A stretch of DNA of 50,174 nt from Psilocybe cubensis (Eukaryota): positions 62,001 to 112,174 of the forward strand of contig JAFIQS020000017.1 of NCBI GenBank assembly GCA_017499595.2, in the 5' to 3' direction. Under the pieces are notes generated by a model, which saw only the letters and a list, made by a program, of their open reading frames with translations, was not told the DNA's origin and did not search any database. Below, piece by piece: positions 32,203 through 46,451 of this stretch. Position 1 is the stretch's first letter. Each line of letters starts with the position of its first letter. A program made the position numbers and the translations under genes.

Positions 32203-33835
32203 ATGATGTTCCAAAATGCACGCAACATCCGCATATCCGGCACACCTACTTTCCAGAACATAAACGGCTCCTACCATTATCACGATCACACCTCAAACAC
32301 GACCAACAACAACACAACCACCATTACAGGCAACGACTTTTCGCAGACCGTGCACAATCATAACACATACACAATTGGTACGTTGCCTCTTATCATCATC
32401 GACTCTCTGTCTTTTGACTAACCTAACTCTATATAGAAGGAGGGAGAAGGTCGTATAGTCAGCCTGAGGAAAGTTCTGGGGTTCCACAACATAGTACGCC
32501 GACCATTTTTTGTTCACATTCACTAGACTAAGCGTTGTCCCAGCCCCTCAAGCCCCCCGGCCGCCTACAATCCACTCCCTTCCCAATTCGCAACACATTT
32601 CCCCTCCCCCCGACACCCAAGTATTCCACATGCAACCGTACCCGCACCGATTTATTACTAAGAACCCCATGTCGGCCACCATACCGTATACGTACCCTTC
32701 CCTAGGCGGTGCCGCCTACGGCTTCCACGAAGGGCATCATATGGCCGCGTCCATTCTCCCAGGACATATCGTGGCGATGTCGCCAGAAGTCAGCTTGAGC
32801 CTTACACAGTTCTTCCGCAAGCTCGAGGATCAGGTATCATGCGAGAAAACGCGGGACGCCGGTACAATAACTGACACGGACCTGGACATGGATGGGGATG
32901 GGGTTAGGGATGGCAGTGGGGATGGGGAACAGGTGTACCAGGACACGGTATACCAGTCACACCCTACCACCGCACCCCCACCGCAGCTCACTTTTGAGAG
33001 GTCTGGTGCAGCCCATATCGGTGTTTGTACCCAAGTACCACAAACAGGAAACCAGTGGGAATGGGCTACGCCACATCGTGAGTGGCAGTCGCAGAATCCA
33101 TCCTCACCCACATGTCTGCATAACTAATTCTATCTTTCCATAGAACCAGCACAACAACCCCTTCCTCAAAACTCGCACCTTCAAAACCAAGATAACGACA
33201 CCAACGCACCCTATACATCCTACACTCCGGTGCCTAACCAGTTCAACCTAGCAGATCAACAGCCTAACGCGAACTCAAATTTGAACGCAAACTCAAACTC
33301 GAACTCGAACTCCAGTAGCAATCACAATCATAAAAAGAACCCCATTCCCCCACGCGTCCGACGAACGCTCCAAGCCGCATTCACATTCAACTCGCACCTC
33401 GGCGAGTCCTCCTCCTCCACAACATCCAGCACAGAATACGACTACACTGCCGCATCCAAAAACACCACCTCCCTCCCCTTCGCCTACACACACTCCCCCG
33501 AAGCAGGTACAACCCATACAGACGCGGTAGCACCGCGTATGGAGGTGTGTGACGGCACAGTCGTCGAGATGCGGCGCGCAGAGAATGTGCATACGACCTG
33601 GGATGTGCGTGGGGACGATGTGGGTCGGGTACCGGTGCATGTGCAGAGGCTGTGGCATTGTGAGGGTGAAAGTGAAGGCGAAGGCGAAGAGGAAGAAGGA
33701 GAGGGAGATCGTGGGGATGGAAAAGGGGTGGTTTATGCTGGTGAGAGCGGCGATATGGATGGAAGGATGAGATGGACGGGCAATAGGTCACCTTTGGAGT
33801 CGATGCAGATATCGATGGGGTATTTGAGGGTGTGA
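32203..33835 (+). CDS. Multi-exon low-complexity protein with an N-terminal N/T/H-rich amyloid-signalling-like motif
   Basis: MMFQNARNIRISGTPTFQNINGSYHYHDH...; GT-AG introns join ORFs 32185, 32510 and 33230 in phase (via a micro-exon near 32437); P/Q-, N/S- and E/G-rich tracts. Confidence 0.65.
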
Positions 33836-34959
33836 GGTCCTGACTTCGTCGCTTTCTTTGACCCTTTGATACATTAAAAGCAATTGGTCTGTGTCATTCA
33901 AGAAGCTCCATGGGTCTTGGAATACGTACTATAGAGGTATGTTGTTCCAGTAAAAATCACTGTATATGTTCCTAAAGCTTTTCGTGAACAACGAATAATA
34001 TATTCAGTTATCATATTATTTCATACCCATTAGAAGGTTTAACAACATTGCGGGGTGAAGTCCTGGAAAAATTGGACCAGTATCTTCATCAAGGTTCTCT
34101 TCAATTGCAAATGTGAACTATACGGTTTTTGCAGCCATAATTGGTTTGAGCAGAGGTGACAAAAAGAGGGCCGTAGTCAGCGCTACCATCCCACACCTAT
34201 ATACTTTTTGTGAGGTGGCATCTGAATCTAGAAGCTATGCGGGTGCGGTATTTACAGCTGAACCGTCAATCGACAAATTACTGGTTACTATGACTCAAAA
34301 TCGCATCTAGAACCAGACTCTCTGATATGATATGATCTTATAGCTAGTATGCACGTAATGAAACGGTTTTCAAAATGCAGAATACGTACAACGAACTCAT
34401 CTGATTGTATAGACACATATGGTAGAGGAAGGCTTTCCATGAAGCTCAGGTACGAGAAGGGAATATTCATATTTCTACATTACATCTTTGTAATCATGAT
34501 ATATTGTGATGATACCGCTAACTACTTGGCAAAATTATGTTCAGCCAATTTGATGGTATCGGGGTACCTGGGAACGTAATGAAGCAAGATCACTATCTTT
34601 AGAAATTATTACATGATATAAATTTAAACCCGACAGGCCAACGTGTCCTTAGTAAAAATTGGTCTTGTCAACAAAGGCTCTATAGATCTACTTAATAAAT
34701 ATACTTACAGGTTGTATCTGTATTCGTAATCTGCTGCAATAAGAATCTGCAGCCTGTAGGCGCAATGAATAGACGAATTCAAACCTTCAGTCTACTTCAC
34801 TCTATATGTAGAATGCATATCGGCTTCCTCATCCTTCGTGGCCCCCAATACAGCCTTGTCTTGATCAATTTACTTGATAACCATTTAAGTCATTTCTTTT
34901 GCCTGGAACGATCATGAGATTTTCGCTATACTGTGTAATCAAGGCAGGTATAGAAATTC

Positions 34960-36115
34960 TCACGTCACTGTGTTGCTGGAGTCAAAAAGAATCAATCTGG
35001 CGACCATGATCGTTGGTGCCATTCCCTTGACCAATTAATCATAAATATATAATTGGCGAGTGTTATACGCATTCTACTCACAGAAGTAATGATTACCAGC
35101 CCTTGAGTGAAAGGGGCCATTACCTTGGGCACAGTCGAAGATTGCGGGAATGGTTCGAAAGCCATGATTAGGGCTCCAATAACGCCATGAAAGATGAGAA
35201 AAAATGAATAAACCCCAGATGACTCGATAATCGCGATGATAATACGACTATAGACCCTTCCAGATACCGGTGTGGCCGAGATGTTGCTTTTTGAGGCAGT
35301 GAAGATTCGGAATGCGATGTAAAATGTAGTGTATGCTGTGGTTACGAGAGAGGCGAACACCACGGTATCCTCTTCAAATGTAACAAAACTAAATTGAGCT
35401 AATACCGCAAATACGCTCATCCCTTCATCACACGCCTTTAATATGGCAATGAAATGTGAAGTGTGACTGTATAAGTAACGTACCTAGTTGAAGAAAAAGA
35501 GCAAGCAAGGGGAGTGTAATTACTGTCCATGATTTTGCTGAGACGTGATAACATCTCCAGGTCTGTAAGTGGCTAAGTCATTGCACACTTAGCAAAATAA
35601 TGATCAGCGAACCAATAGAGCATCGGATATGACCAGAGAAGCGTTAAATGTGAATGTCTTGAGAAATTTGACCGACAGTGGCGAATTATTGTCCGTGCCT
35701 ATGGGGTCTATCCAGGCGCCATCCATGACAGGGGGGTGATCAAGGAGATACCATTGTGAAACGAAGTAGAGCAGGGAGAAAAGGTACAATAAGCACAGCG
35801 CCATGAGCACAGTAATATGTCCAGAATCGTTTGATTTCTTCGAAGCTTTGATGTATAAAAAAGTTGGTCCGAAAAATTTAAGGAGATTTGATTGTGATAG
35901 AGCACGTACTACAAAAGAATACTGTTGCAGTAAAAACTGTCGTATATGTTCCTGGAGTCTGTGGTGAGTAATGCCAAAATATCTGCTTGCCCTGCAGAAA
36001 TACCCATGAAAATGTTCAAAAACATCGAGGAATTAAGTCCTGGACCAATTGAATCAATATTCAAAAAGCTCTCATTGTTGAGAGAATAAGGAACCGATGT
36101 GATATGGGAAGACAT
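34960..36115 (-). CDS. Agaricomycete-type 7-transmembrane protein, paralog 2 (short C-tail)
   Basis: LNSSMFLNIFMG, SDALL|TWRCYHV, IIESSGVYSF, GMAPTIMVARL. Confidence 0.75.
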
Positions 36116-36934
36116 GATGGGTTTGGGGCAGCAACGAGCGAGTATTCTGAGGGACGTGGCCACTGGTGTTACCACCCCTGCTTATATTGTCTCTGAGGTG
36201 GCATATAGAAACGAAAGTGATACAGTAATTACATATCCATCAGTAGATAACTTTCTGGTTGCTATAACAAGCATTACATCTCAAACAAGAATCTGATCTG
36301 ATCTGATTTTATATTTGCCAGGTGGTATAGGTGTAATGACAAGGTTCATTGGTAGGGCGCACGCAGAATACATTCAATACTTAGCAGTTTTAAAGGACAA
36401 AGATTGTGGAATGATATGTTTATGCAGTTCAAAGTAGAGAAAGCAGATTATAGTATGCTTCGTAAGATTACCTGTCGAAACCATGTTCTGTTCAACAATT
36501 TGACGGTATCAGTAACAAGTGATCAAACATGATTTCTATCTTTAGTTATGCATAGACGATAAATGTTCTGACTCGTTTCAGTTTAATATCTCTCTCTGGA
36601 GGTCCTACTCCTATTCTCATAGTTGTTTAGCCATCACATAGCTTTGCTTAGCTTCGACGCGACTGGGAGACGCCGAAAGGGGCTAGCGCTTTCGCGACAT
36701 AGATCACGTGACCGAGCACATCGAGTCATCGACAATTAATAAAATTCCTTCAAAAAAGTCTTATCGATTTTCAATCTGGCCGTCTTTTCATTTTCCCGCT
36801 ATATTTCTGTTCCTCTTTCGCCTTTTAACTATCGCAGACCTGTTCACTTGATTTCGTATTTTCGATATTTTCACTTACCAGTATCCTACACGCCGCTAAC
36901 GAAGGCAAATCGAACAACACGTATAACCAAAAGG

Positions 36935-38983
36935 ATGGCCTCGACAATGCCCTCGCTACCTTCAGTTCCAGGAACGGATCCCACAAAATGTGTTTTGGAC
37001 TCCTTCCGGATAGCTATTGCTCAGAAGCTTTCCAACGCACTACCATTGACGTTGGAACAAGCATTTTCTGGAGTTGACTACGGCAAGAAGGGTGAGGACT
37101 TTACCGTTGCGCTTCCTCGGTTCAGAATACCGGGAAAGCTCGAGGAAACAGCTGCGAAGGTGATAGACAGTGTGAGTATCACAACTAGACTTTTATTTCA
37201 ACGCTCATGCTTTAAGCTAACAGTTCCAATCCGACGAATGGGTCGAGGCAGTCGTTCTTGACAAATCTTTCCTCCACTTTCGCGTAAACACGAAGAGCAT
37301 GATCCGTGAAGTACTCAACCAGATCGACAGCCTCACTCGCAGCTCTCCAACTGGTGAGGCGACGTACGGAACGAACGATTCTGGCAAGGGAAAGAAAGTT
37401 ATCATCGAGTATTCGTCGCCCAACATCGCCAAGTCTTTCCACGTTGGTCATTTGCGCAGCACCATTATTGGCGCATTTCTTGCGAATCTATACAAGGCGT
37501 GTGGATGGGAGGTCATTTCGATGAATTACTTGGGAGATTGGGGAACTCAGGTGAGAAGTCTGTTCTTGGCTTTCCCATTGCCCATTTGCATCCATGCTCT
37601 CCCTCGGTTCAATGCCCTAGCCCTTTTAGTTCCTTCCGTACATTTAAGTTGACTATTTTTCCAGTTTGGTCTGATCGCCACCGGTTTCGAAAAATATGGC
37701 TCCCAAGCCGAACTTGAGAAGGACGCCATCAAGCACCTCTTCGATATCTACGTCGCCATCAACAAGGATGCAGAATCCGACCCCTCCGTAAAAGCCGCCG
37801 CAGCCCAATGGTTCAAGCGCATGGAAGACGGCGACGAAGACGCACTCAAGAACTGGCGTGTGTGGCGGGAGATGAGCGTGAAAAAATACGAGAAGGAGTA
37901 CGAACGGTTGAATGTCAAATTCGACGTGTATACCGGCGAGAGCAAGGTCGGCAAGGAGTCGATGGACGCTGCGTTGGAGAAGTTGGAGACGATGGGTTTG
38001 ATTTCTGACAGCGATGGTGCAAAGTTGGTAGAGCTCGAAAAGTGGAAACTGGGCAAGGCTGTCGTTCGCAAGAAAGGTGCGTCATCCATTCTCGTTGTTT
38101 CCGGTCTCGTACTCAGCCATGTTTAGACGGAACCTCGATTTACCTCACTCGTGATATTGGTGGGGCCATCGAGCGATACGAGAAATACAAATTCGACAAA
38201 ATGATCTACGTTGTCTCATCTCAACAGGACCTCCATCTCGCTCAATTCTTCAAAGTCCTCGAATTGATGGGCTTCCCTTGGGCGAAAGACCTTGTCCATA
38301 TCAACTACGGTCTGGTGCAGGGTATGTCCACGCGTAAAGGCACAGTCGTCTTCTTGGACCAGATCATCAAGGAGGCTGGAAATGTCATGCACGAGCAGAT
38401 GATGAAGAACGAGGAGAAATACAAGGCTGTCGAAGACCCGGAAGAGACTGCATTAGAGATCGGTATTACGGGTGTTAAAATCCAGGACATGGCCGCTAAG
38501 AGGTACGAAAACAGCATTCAAATCTTTCTTTCAACCTAAACGTTTCACAGGATCGGCAACTACACATTTAACTGGGACCGTATGAAGTCCTTCGAAGGCG
38601 ACACTGGCCCATATCTCCAATACGCACACGTCCGCCTTGCATCCATCGCGCGCAAAAACCCCACCCTGACCCCGCTCCCACCCTCATCCGAAATCCAAAC
38701 CGAGCTGCTCGCGCAATACGCACATGCGCGCGACATTGCCTTCCTCCTGGGCACTTACCCCGACGTCGTCAAGGTGGCGATGAAGACACAGGAGCCGAGC
38801 GGGGTGGTGACATTTGCGTTCCGCCTCGCACACGCGATTAGCAGCGCCTGGGACTCGGTGATCGTGAAGGGTGAAGAAGACCTGGAAAAGGCACGCGCGA
38901 AACTGTATCTGTACGAGTGTGCGCGTGAAGTCTTGGGTGCGGCCATGAGGTTGTTGAGTTTGAGGCCTTTAGAGAGGATGTAG
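36935..38983 (+). CDS. Arginyl-tRNA synthetase (ArgRS), 5 exons
   Basis: [22 protein letters not shown] (HIGH motif), [42 protein letters not shown]-terminal LERM. Confidence 0.97.
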
Positions 38984-39470
38984 TAGGGTATTGATACTGG
39001 AAGTGGTATTTGAATTGCTTTCTTTGACTTAATTTATATTCTTTTGCTTTTTCTGTCTCCTCTTTATTCAGTGATTTCTTTTGGTTCTGTACTCCGTGGT
39101 ATCCTTCACTCCGACTGTGGATGACAGTGGTGGTGGTAGGTAGAAGTTCTAGGTCAGCCAAACCAGCCCGGTGAAATGGTTCCCGTGGCTCATGGCGAAT
39201 TCGGATGACGTTAATGTCGGATAGGAATTGGAGGCTGGAAAAACCAGTTTGGCTAGAACATTCCCGTTGGGTAGGCAGATATATGGTCTCGTGGAACAAT
39301 TAGGACCTTTTTGGAGAAAAGAAGAAAGGTCGAGTGCCTTCAAACCTAGTTATTAGGATCCAAAACAAAAATCAATTGGCTAATATAAGCAAGATATGAT
39401 ACAATGGTAAGTATAACATACACATTACAATCAAGGATATACGCATTATGGCAAGGGTACAGCAAGATAA

Positions 39471-41444
39471 TCAAAGGTAAAAAGGAACATCTTCGGCGCT
39501 ATCCAAAATCTTAGAAACGCCTTCGAAACGAGGGGTCAAATGCACTCTAAACGGCTTTGGAGTACGACCAGATAGTCCATCATATTCCTCCAAACTAATT
39601 GGCTCGTTCGGAACGGATTTGAAGTTGAACGACCAGAGTAAACGTGAACACACTAGCCATAGCTCGCGTTCTGCCGTTTGAATTCCGGGACATATTCGCC
39701 TCCTGAAATATAAATAGAACTTTATGAGCGTCTATTTGAAGGAAATGTAGAGGGGTTAGCGCCTACCCGGCTCCAAATGCCCAATGATCACGAGCCATTG
39801 GATCAGAGAGTTTTGAAGATTCGTTACAGCTAAGACCGTCATCGAGATACCGGTCAGGATTGAAGGAAAATCTTGCGAGAAAAGTCAGAACATATGTGGC
39901 ACAGAATAGTAAAAGCAGCTCACGGATCAGGATATCTAATTTCATTATGATGGATAGTATAGCAGTTCAGGATCACGACAGTGTCTTTGGGTATATAGTG
40001 TCCCTTGTAGGAGAAATCTTCGGTTGTAAAATGAGGTGTTGCATTCCAAAATGGCGCGTGTAGTCGTTCCAACTGGTGGCATAAATTCATGATGAGCATT
40101 GTTCCGGTGGAGGAAAAAATTCTGAAGTCACCTCTTTGATTATAGCTCGGACATATGGGAGATTAAACTCGTCCTCAATAGTAGGCCAGCGATCACGTCC
40201 AATTACTCTGTCCAGTTCTTCTTGCGCTTTTGCACATATTTCGGGATGTGAAGGGAGAGTTGCAATAAACCATTGGATCATTCCAGAAACCTGGGGAACG
40301 ATAAAGTTAGGGCCTATAAAGATAACAATGACAGATACACCGCACCGAATGTACTCCTCCCAATGTAAATACAGCTGACAACATGCAGATATCTTCCCAG
40401 TCGAGCTTTTCCGACTCCTGATTCTCAAGAAGAGTTTTGATCAAACAATCGGGAACTTCCTCCCCGGCTAACATCTTGGTCTTGAACTGGAGAAGCATTG
40501 ACCCGTAGGTGTCCACCATATCGGCATATAGTTGATGTCCTCTTGCTTTTTTTGGAGTAGGAATGTACTGAAGAATCTCGAAGAAGTCAATTACATTCGC
40601 CCACGGTCCTGCGTTAGCTAATGAGAATGGGCGCTTAAATATTTTTGGATTATTACAGACCAGTAAGTTCCATAAATTCCATAGTCAGTCTCAGGGCCTT
40701 TGCAACCAAAGGATCGTCCAGTGAGGTAGTTCGAATCCCAAAGGAAAGTATGAGCATGTTACTAATATAAACCCGTCAGTTTCATCAATTCAAACCAGTG
40801 ATTGGTCCACGAACTTCAACGCATATCTTCCAGTAGCTTGTGTCGTATTCAATGGGGTTGTTCCTCGTTGACTTTCCTCATAAAGAGCTTTCATCAGCAT
40901 ATGAGCCTCGTAGTCCATAATATCTGCATGTCCCTCCATTGATTTGGGACTAAGGGCCAGAGTCGCAAGACGTCGATGTTGTCTCCACGTGTTCCCATAC
41001 GGAGAGCCAGTGATAGCGCGTCCTCTAAGAATAACCTGGCTTTTCATGAAGTATCGCTTCCGGCTCGAAAATATTGCTCCGTTGGTGACGAACAGATCCT
41101 TGGCAACTTGCGGATCCGAGATGATCACAAATAGTTGACTGCCCATCCAAATGGAGAAGAGGTCCCCATACTGCTTTGCCCAACTATCCAGTGCACGCTC
41201 AGCATATTTGCGCAGGTAGGCGTATCGTGTTGGGGGGCCGGGAGGGATTGTATTTCCGTCTTTGTCCTTTACAAAGCGACGAAGTGCGATGGGGCTTAGA
41301 AAATATGCTCCAATAAGCAGTATACATGCAAGAGTTGTCTAGCAATAGTTTTATTATCAGTAGGGCCGACATCTCTGGACAATGCAAATTTACCTTTAGA
41401 GCTAGGTTGATGGACTGAGTCACAACAGTTCCAACTAACGACAT
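39471..41444 (-). CDS. Cytochrome P450 monooxygenase (multi-exon)
   Basis: N-terminal anchor plus PPGP, W..+R (WRQHRR), E..R (IKE|LER), FNPDRY, and heme motif WAFGAG|RRICPG across an intron. Confidence 0.95.
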
Positions 41445-43493
41445 CGTAGCGCAAAGATATTAAGAAAGTTGTCTGTCGTGTGCTGGATGGTTTCTCCGTC
41501 CTTTTATACTTATATTGTACGCACAAATCGATGATGAAATGGTAAATTGGTTCCCATACAACCTACATGCCACCATTCCAATGGTCTGTGCCTATACCAT
41601 AGTTGAAGAACATTCCTTTTCTGATAAGTCCGAATGAGCTACCATGAAGAAACAAACATCTCCAAGCATTGTTGGCATCGGTTATACGACTAATCTGCGG
41701 CATGCTCTCGGTATTGCCTCTTTTGTAAAACCTCCCGCCCTTTCTATCGTTTGGCAATGCATTCTAGGATATATAGTACGTCCTGAAATGTGTACCTAGA
41801 CTGAATCTGCATAGTGTAATGACATTAATGAGTCGGGATCGGACAAGCGGTCGGCGGTCCGGGATCAGAGTTATAAATTACATCGGTTACCTGCTCTTTG
41901 ACTTTGAGACGGGTAACACTGTGGACTCTGGCGGCCGTCAACCTCTCACAAAGCGCCGCGGCAGGGTCCATCTCCATCGTTAGCTTCAGCGGCTTTTAGA
42001 TCGCAACAATAGCTAGAATTCAATTAAGCAAGTCTGCACTGTAAATAATCACGACACCGGAGATACCGATGGGCGGTCGTTACAGCGCTTAAATATAAGG
42101 TTAACCTGACTTTTGTTCCGGAAGATTGAATGTAATAGGTGTACAATGGAGTCAGACTCAGGCTGGCCAGCGCTATACTGGTATATATAAACAAGAGACA
42201 TCCTAACTTCTGTGCCAACGACGGCATAAAGTAAAGCTCCGAGAAACGTAGAGCCATGAGTGACGGAAAACTCAATTTTGGTTGGGCTGTACCCTATGTA
42301 CAATATTAGGGGCTTTACCAATGGGGATGTGCATCAAATTTCTACATAAATTTCGGTAATTAGCGCTGCTATAAATAGTTTGGACATCGCCACAGTTCCC
42401 CAGACTTTCACCTCCAAGATGGCAGGGAAGAGGATGCTGCGAGTTGACGGTCATCAAATATATATAACGGGCTGAGAAACAAGTGAGACCGAGCTTTATG
42501 CACGCAATTATATTTTAGGTCAGACACTCAGGATCTAGGACGTATATTCAAGATGCCTACCTGACCAGCAGTAGATGTTTGTCATTCAAGACGCAATGTG
42601 CTCCTCTAAACGAGCAACTCAACCCACTCGTAAATGAGCATGAAGGTGGTGCCTGCTCTCCGTCATCCGGGATCTACGCTTGCTCCCCGAGTGGGATGCT
42701 GGCTGGCTGTACGGGATGCGCTGGAAGGCTCATGCAAAAATGCGCGGCTGCATGCATCTTTTTGATTGGGCATTAATTCATTATTAGAAAGTCTCCATAA
42801 CATTTTATACGGGATATATGAGGAATTTAATAGGGATATAGTTCAGACGCAGACAACCAACAAGGTATTGACCGTAAGGTCACACAAGGAGGGTTCATAG
42901 GTGGATAGATGGAGCGGATAGGATTGTCCACAGAGCTGCTCTTCGGAGAGGTCAAAGAATGCTAGTGCATCGCTGAATTTGAATGTTTGAGTGATGCAAG
43001 GCTCGATTTGCAAAAATTCTATGAATATTCGTTCAAGTATAATGAAGCTTTCAGAAGATAAATGATTCTGTAAGCAAAGATTAATTGAGAAAACAGTGCT
43101 TTGACTGGATCATCTCTTCGATACATAGAAAAGATAGAGCTGCAAGAGAACAAACAACTTTATGCAGGCGCGCATCGTTGGGGTAGCAACGTTTAGGGCA
43201 GGTTTGCACGTGATTAAAAGCCTTTGAACCTCATGAGTACACATCGAGGCATGGGTTTAAGTTGATTCAAACGTTTTCTAGATGCCTTCGACATATCAAT
43301 CCAATAATTAAAAAATAAGTATCATTCGATAGGGGAGCATACATGGCATTTGGCAATATGACATTTGGCAATCATAGATAAATTACGAAGTCTATTTGGA
43401 GGAACACATTCATCAAGAGATCAAGCTAAGTGCTATCAGTGAACGAGCAAAAATAATCCCGTGCTACACTACTACTACTCGGACAGGGAGCCG

Positions 43494-44779
43494 TCATACA
43501 ATCCCATGGTGGACATCCTTTGTCGTTACTGATTTTTCTATGGCTAACACAGCAGATGCAATAACGTCCTGGCTAGAACCTGCACTGCCATACTGATGAT
43601 TGAAGTACAGATTTGATATTGGTGGTACAGTCGTACTGCAGTTATGTGAGGTTTCGGGCTCCTCCAATGCTAGTCGGGCCACCATTACAGTTGGAGCCAA
43701 ACCCTAAAACATACATCAGAATTACCAAATATCAAGTACAACGGACTGTGGAAGATACTTACAGCACCTACAGTCAACACTATTTCCACATATGGGACAA
43801 CCTCAACCAATGGAGATTCTAAATTGTGGAATATTGGTATGACCAGAATAATCCCCCAGAAGAGGAACACCAGTGAATACAGTGCTGCAGACTCGATGAC
43901 AATCAACACTATGCGATTGTAGAATGACTTGAAGGATAGGACGTGCGAGTTTGATAGAATATGAACTCTGTATCCAATGAGAAATGTCGCAGAGAATGTG
44001 GTGCCCAGGGACACAAATGCTAGAGCTGTAGAGATGTTGTTGGATAGAGTTTCCCTAGCCTTGGTGGCTAAAATGGGAGAAGTACCGTCAAATATTGTGC
44101 TTGTAAGTGATAGAGCTGATTGAAGAACGATGAGTGTCATTTGTTAAACTCCATCAGAGTGACATACCAAGCTCTGCAGTCAGAAAAATCAGAGAAATGG
44201 AAATCATCTTGATCGACTGACCCCATACGTGATAACACCTCCAAATCTAGCAAAAGCAAATCAGACACATTCAATCTATTATCACACAGTGATTAACTAA
44301 CAAGTAGTGCATCAGATACAACAAACAGGAGGTTGAATAAAAATTCATTGAATATGTGGAGCCAAGTCGGAGACGACAGAGATGCCACAAAAATTGAATT
44401 TCGAGTGGATCCGTTGACGACGATCGACCAGTTGAGATAGTACCATTGAAGTGAAAAGTCTAAAAGACAAATCAAATATAATAGGGAAATGGAAAAGACC
44501 ACAATGTTGCGGCTTGAATTCGATGTTTTTCTTGACACTGTTAGCAGAATCAGAAATAGTAACACCAAAAATGAAAGGAGAAAATGCACAGTAGATATAC
44601 ATCGTTCCACAGTATACCACTGTATATATGCCTAATAAACGTTAATCAATATATTGAGGTCAGTATAGTTCTGTTAAGGCCTTACCCATTAGCAAATTGA
44701 ACGTCATAGAGCTGTTGAGATTGGAACTAATTGCATAGTTCTCGACATTTACTGGCACCGAGAGATTTGGAGTGGTCAT
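43494..44779 (-). CDS. Agaricomycete-type 7-transmembrane protein, paralog 3
   Basis: LNSSMTFNLLMG, IYTVVYCGTMYIY, SDALL|IWRCYHVW, VIESAALYSL, GLAPTVMVARL. Confidence 0.85.
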
Positions 44780-46451
44780 TTTGGAGGGATGGAAGAATCA
44801 GTACAGTGTTTACAGGGCAAATAATGTATAATCACTCTTTTATAGCTGTACAGGTAAACCCAGAACACGGTAAATGTGCATAAAATATCTTCTTTGATGT
44901 AAGGTTTGACTGACCGCTCAGTGCTTACTGGCAGGCCCATAGTCAATCTCTCAGTTTTCTTGGGAGGGTGTATCTACTTATGGCGAGTTCCTGGTGAAAA
45001 AATGATGTCTTTTGTAAGACTTTGTATCATTCATGATACTCCACTCGTCAATATGCCAAAGTAGACTGATACGCAATCTCCCTATGCATACCTGTTGTTG
45101 CCATCATTGTGTCGTCCAAAAACAGACTTGTAAGGTGGGCCGTTGCTACGCACGGCAGATATGAGTCCTTGTGATCAATTCCTTTGGAATTTATAAGACA
45201 TGTCGTTTAGGAGGGGCATCATCCAGTATATTATATGATTGTAATAGCTCCATCTAACTTGAAGACAAAGACTGGACTGAAATGAATGAAATCACTAATG
45301 TTTAAGTTGTCCTATTGTAGATAAGCTATATAGGTAAGTAAGCCATGAATGCAAGGGTAATGAACAACTGGTGAATTTCTTAGGTCTACATAAATAAGTA
45401 GGCCTTTAATGATATAGTCATAAATAACTATTTAGTTGCTGTAGGTAACTAAGTAGGCCATACAATGCTGGAGCAACAAGAAACCTTTGAAAATTCAAAC
45501 AGCTTTTGATCAATGTCGAATGGCAAGATATTTGAAGTTCCGACTTCCTTGCCGAGCCATTGCCGGCTCAAAAAGCGTTTCATTCCCTGCCAAAAGCCTG
45601 GATTGACAGGCTTTTTGACAGCAACTGAAATTTAAACACCGACGTTGAGCTGATCGATCGCCGGCCCATCAAAACAGCGATTCTTGTGCATGTGAACGGC
45701 CAAAATCGCTCATTCAATCGCCGATCAAACCCTGCCGATTGATCGCCGGCTCATTAAGCGTTTCACGATTTTTCGGATATACGTCGAGTTCGATATAAAA
45801 ACGATTCCTCCAAGGGAGGACTCGTAACATGTGATCATACCAGGCAGTATTTATAGTAAAGGAATCGATTTTGGGGCCATTTCGCACCTTGAAACGACCT
45901 CGATATTCTGGAGGAGCAGGGAGACCAAAAAATTGGAGTGAAAACCGGAGTTTTGTGGAGTTAAATTGTTCAACACGTTGATGAGCCGTTTCTTGTTCCT
46001 GGTTCAGAAAGATTGGGGAAGGCTCACAGAAGGCCTGGTGCTGCCTGGTTTGCAAGGCTGAAAATTTGCTTTTGTTTCGCTTCAAAGGTCCGAGGATAGC
46101 TTGTAATTTATCCTATCAGTATCATAGAGGTCATGGTTATGAAATGCAGCTCGTCATTTCCATTATCCTACTCTCTTAAGGAGGAAAGATAAGCGAAGCG
46201 GGATATAGTGAGATAGTGAGATAGTGAGATAGACAGGTTCTATGATATGATAGGTGAAGTCTCAAGGAGAGCGTGTGCTGCTTTCTACATGAAGTTATGC
46301 ATCATCCTTCACTTTCTTTGTTTTAGATCGCAATGATGAAACGGTTTGTAATACAAAGAAAGAATTTTAACCTGCTATTCTACAAAGTCCGACTTGGAAC
46401 TAATCGTACAAAATTACACAATATGGAAGAAACCTGACGCATACTCAAATA

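Noticed and set aside
36650-36720. GC-rich structured-looking stretch with TCACGTGA upstream of ArgRS, considered as a tRNA or ncRNA
   Set aside because: No cloverleaf or T-loop consensus; more simply a promoter region, and one E-box-like site is not enough to call.
13823-41444. RiPP biosynthetic cluster (KEP + methyltransferase + P450)
   Set aside because: No DUF3328/UstYa-type oxidase seen. The genes are 9-25 kb apart, separated by transposons and a housekeeping ArgRS, and the methyltransferase carries a stop.
45290-46240. Repeat-like intergenic segment (recurring taagtaggcc-like motifs, 123-aa ORF, (tagtgaga)x3) between 7-TM paralogs 3 and 4
   Set aside because: Possibly a transposon remnant, but I could not find paired TIRs, a TSD or a protein motif.
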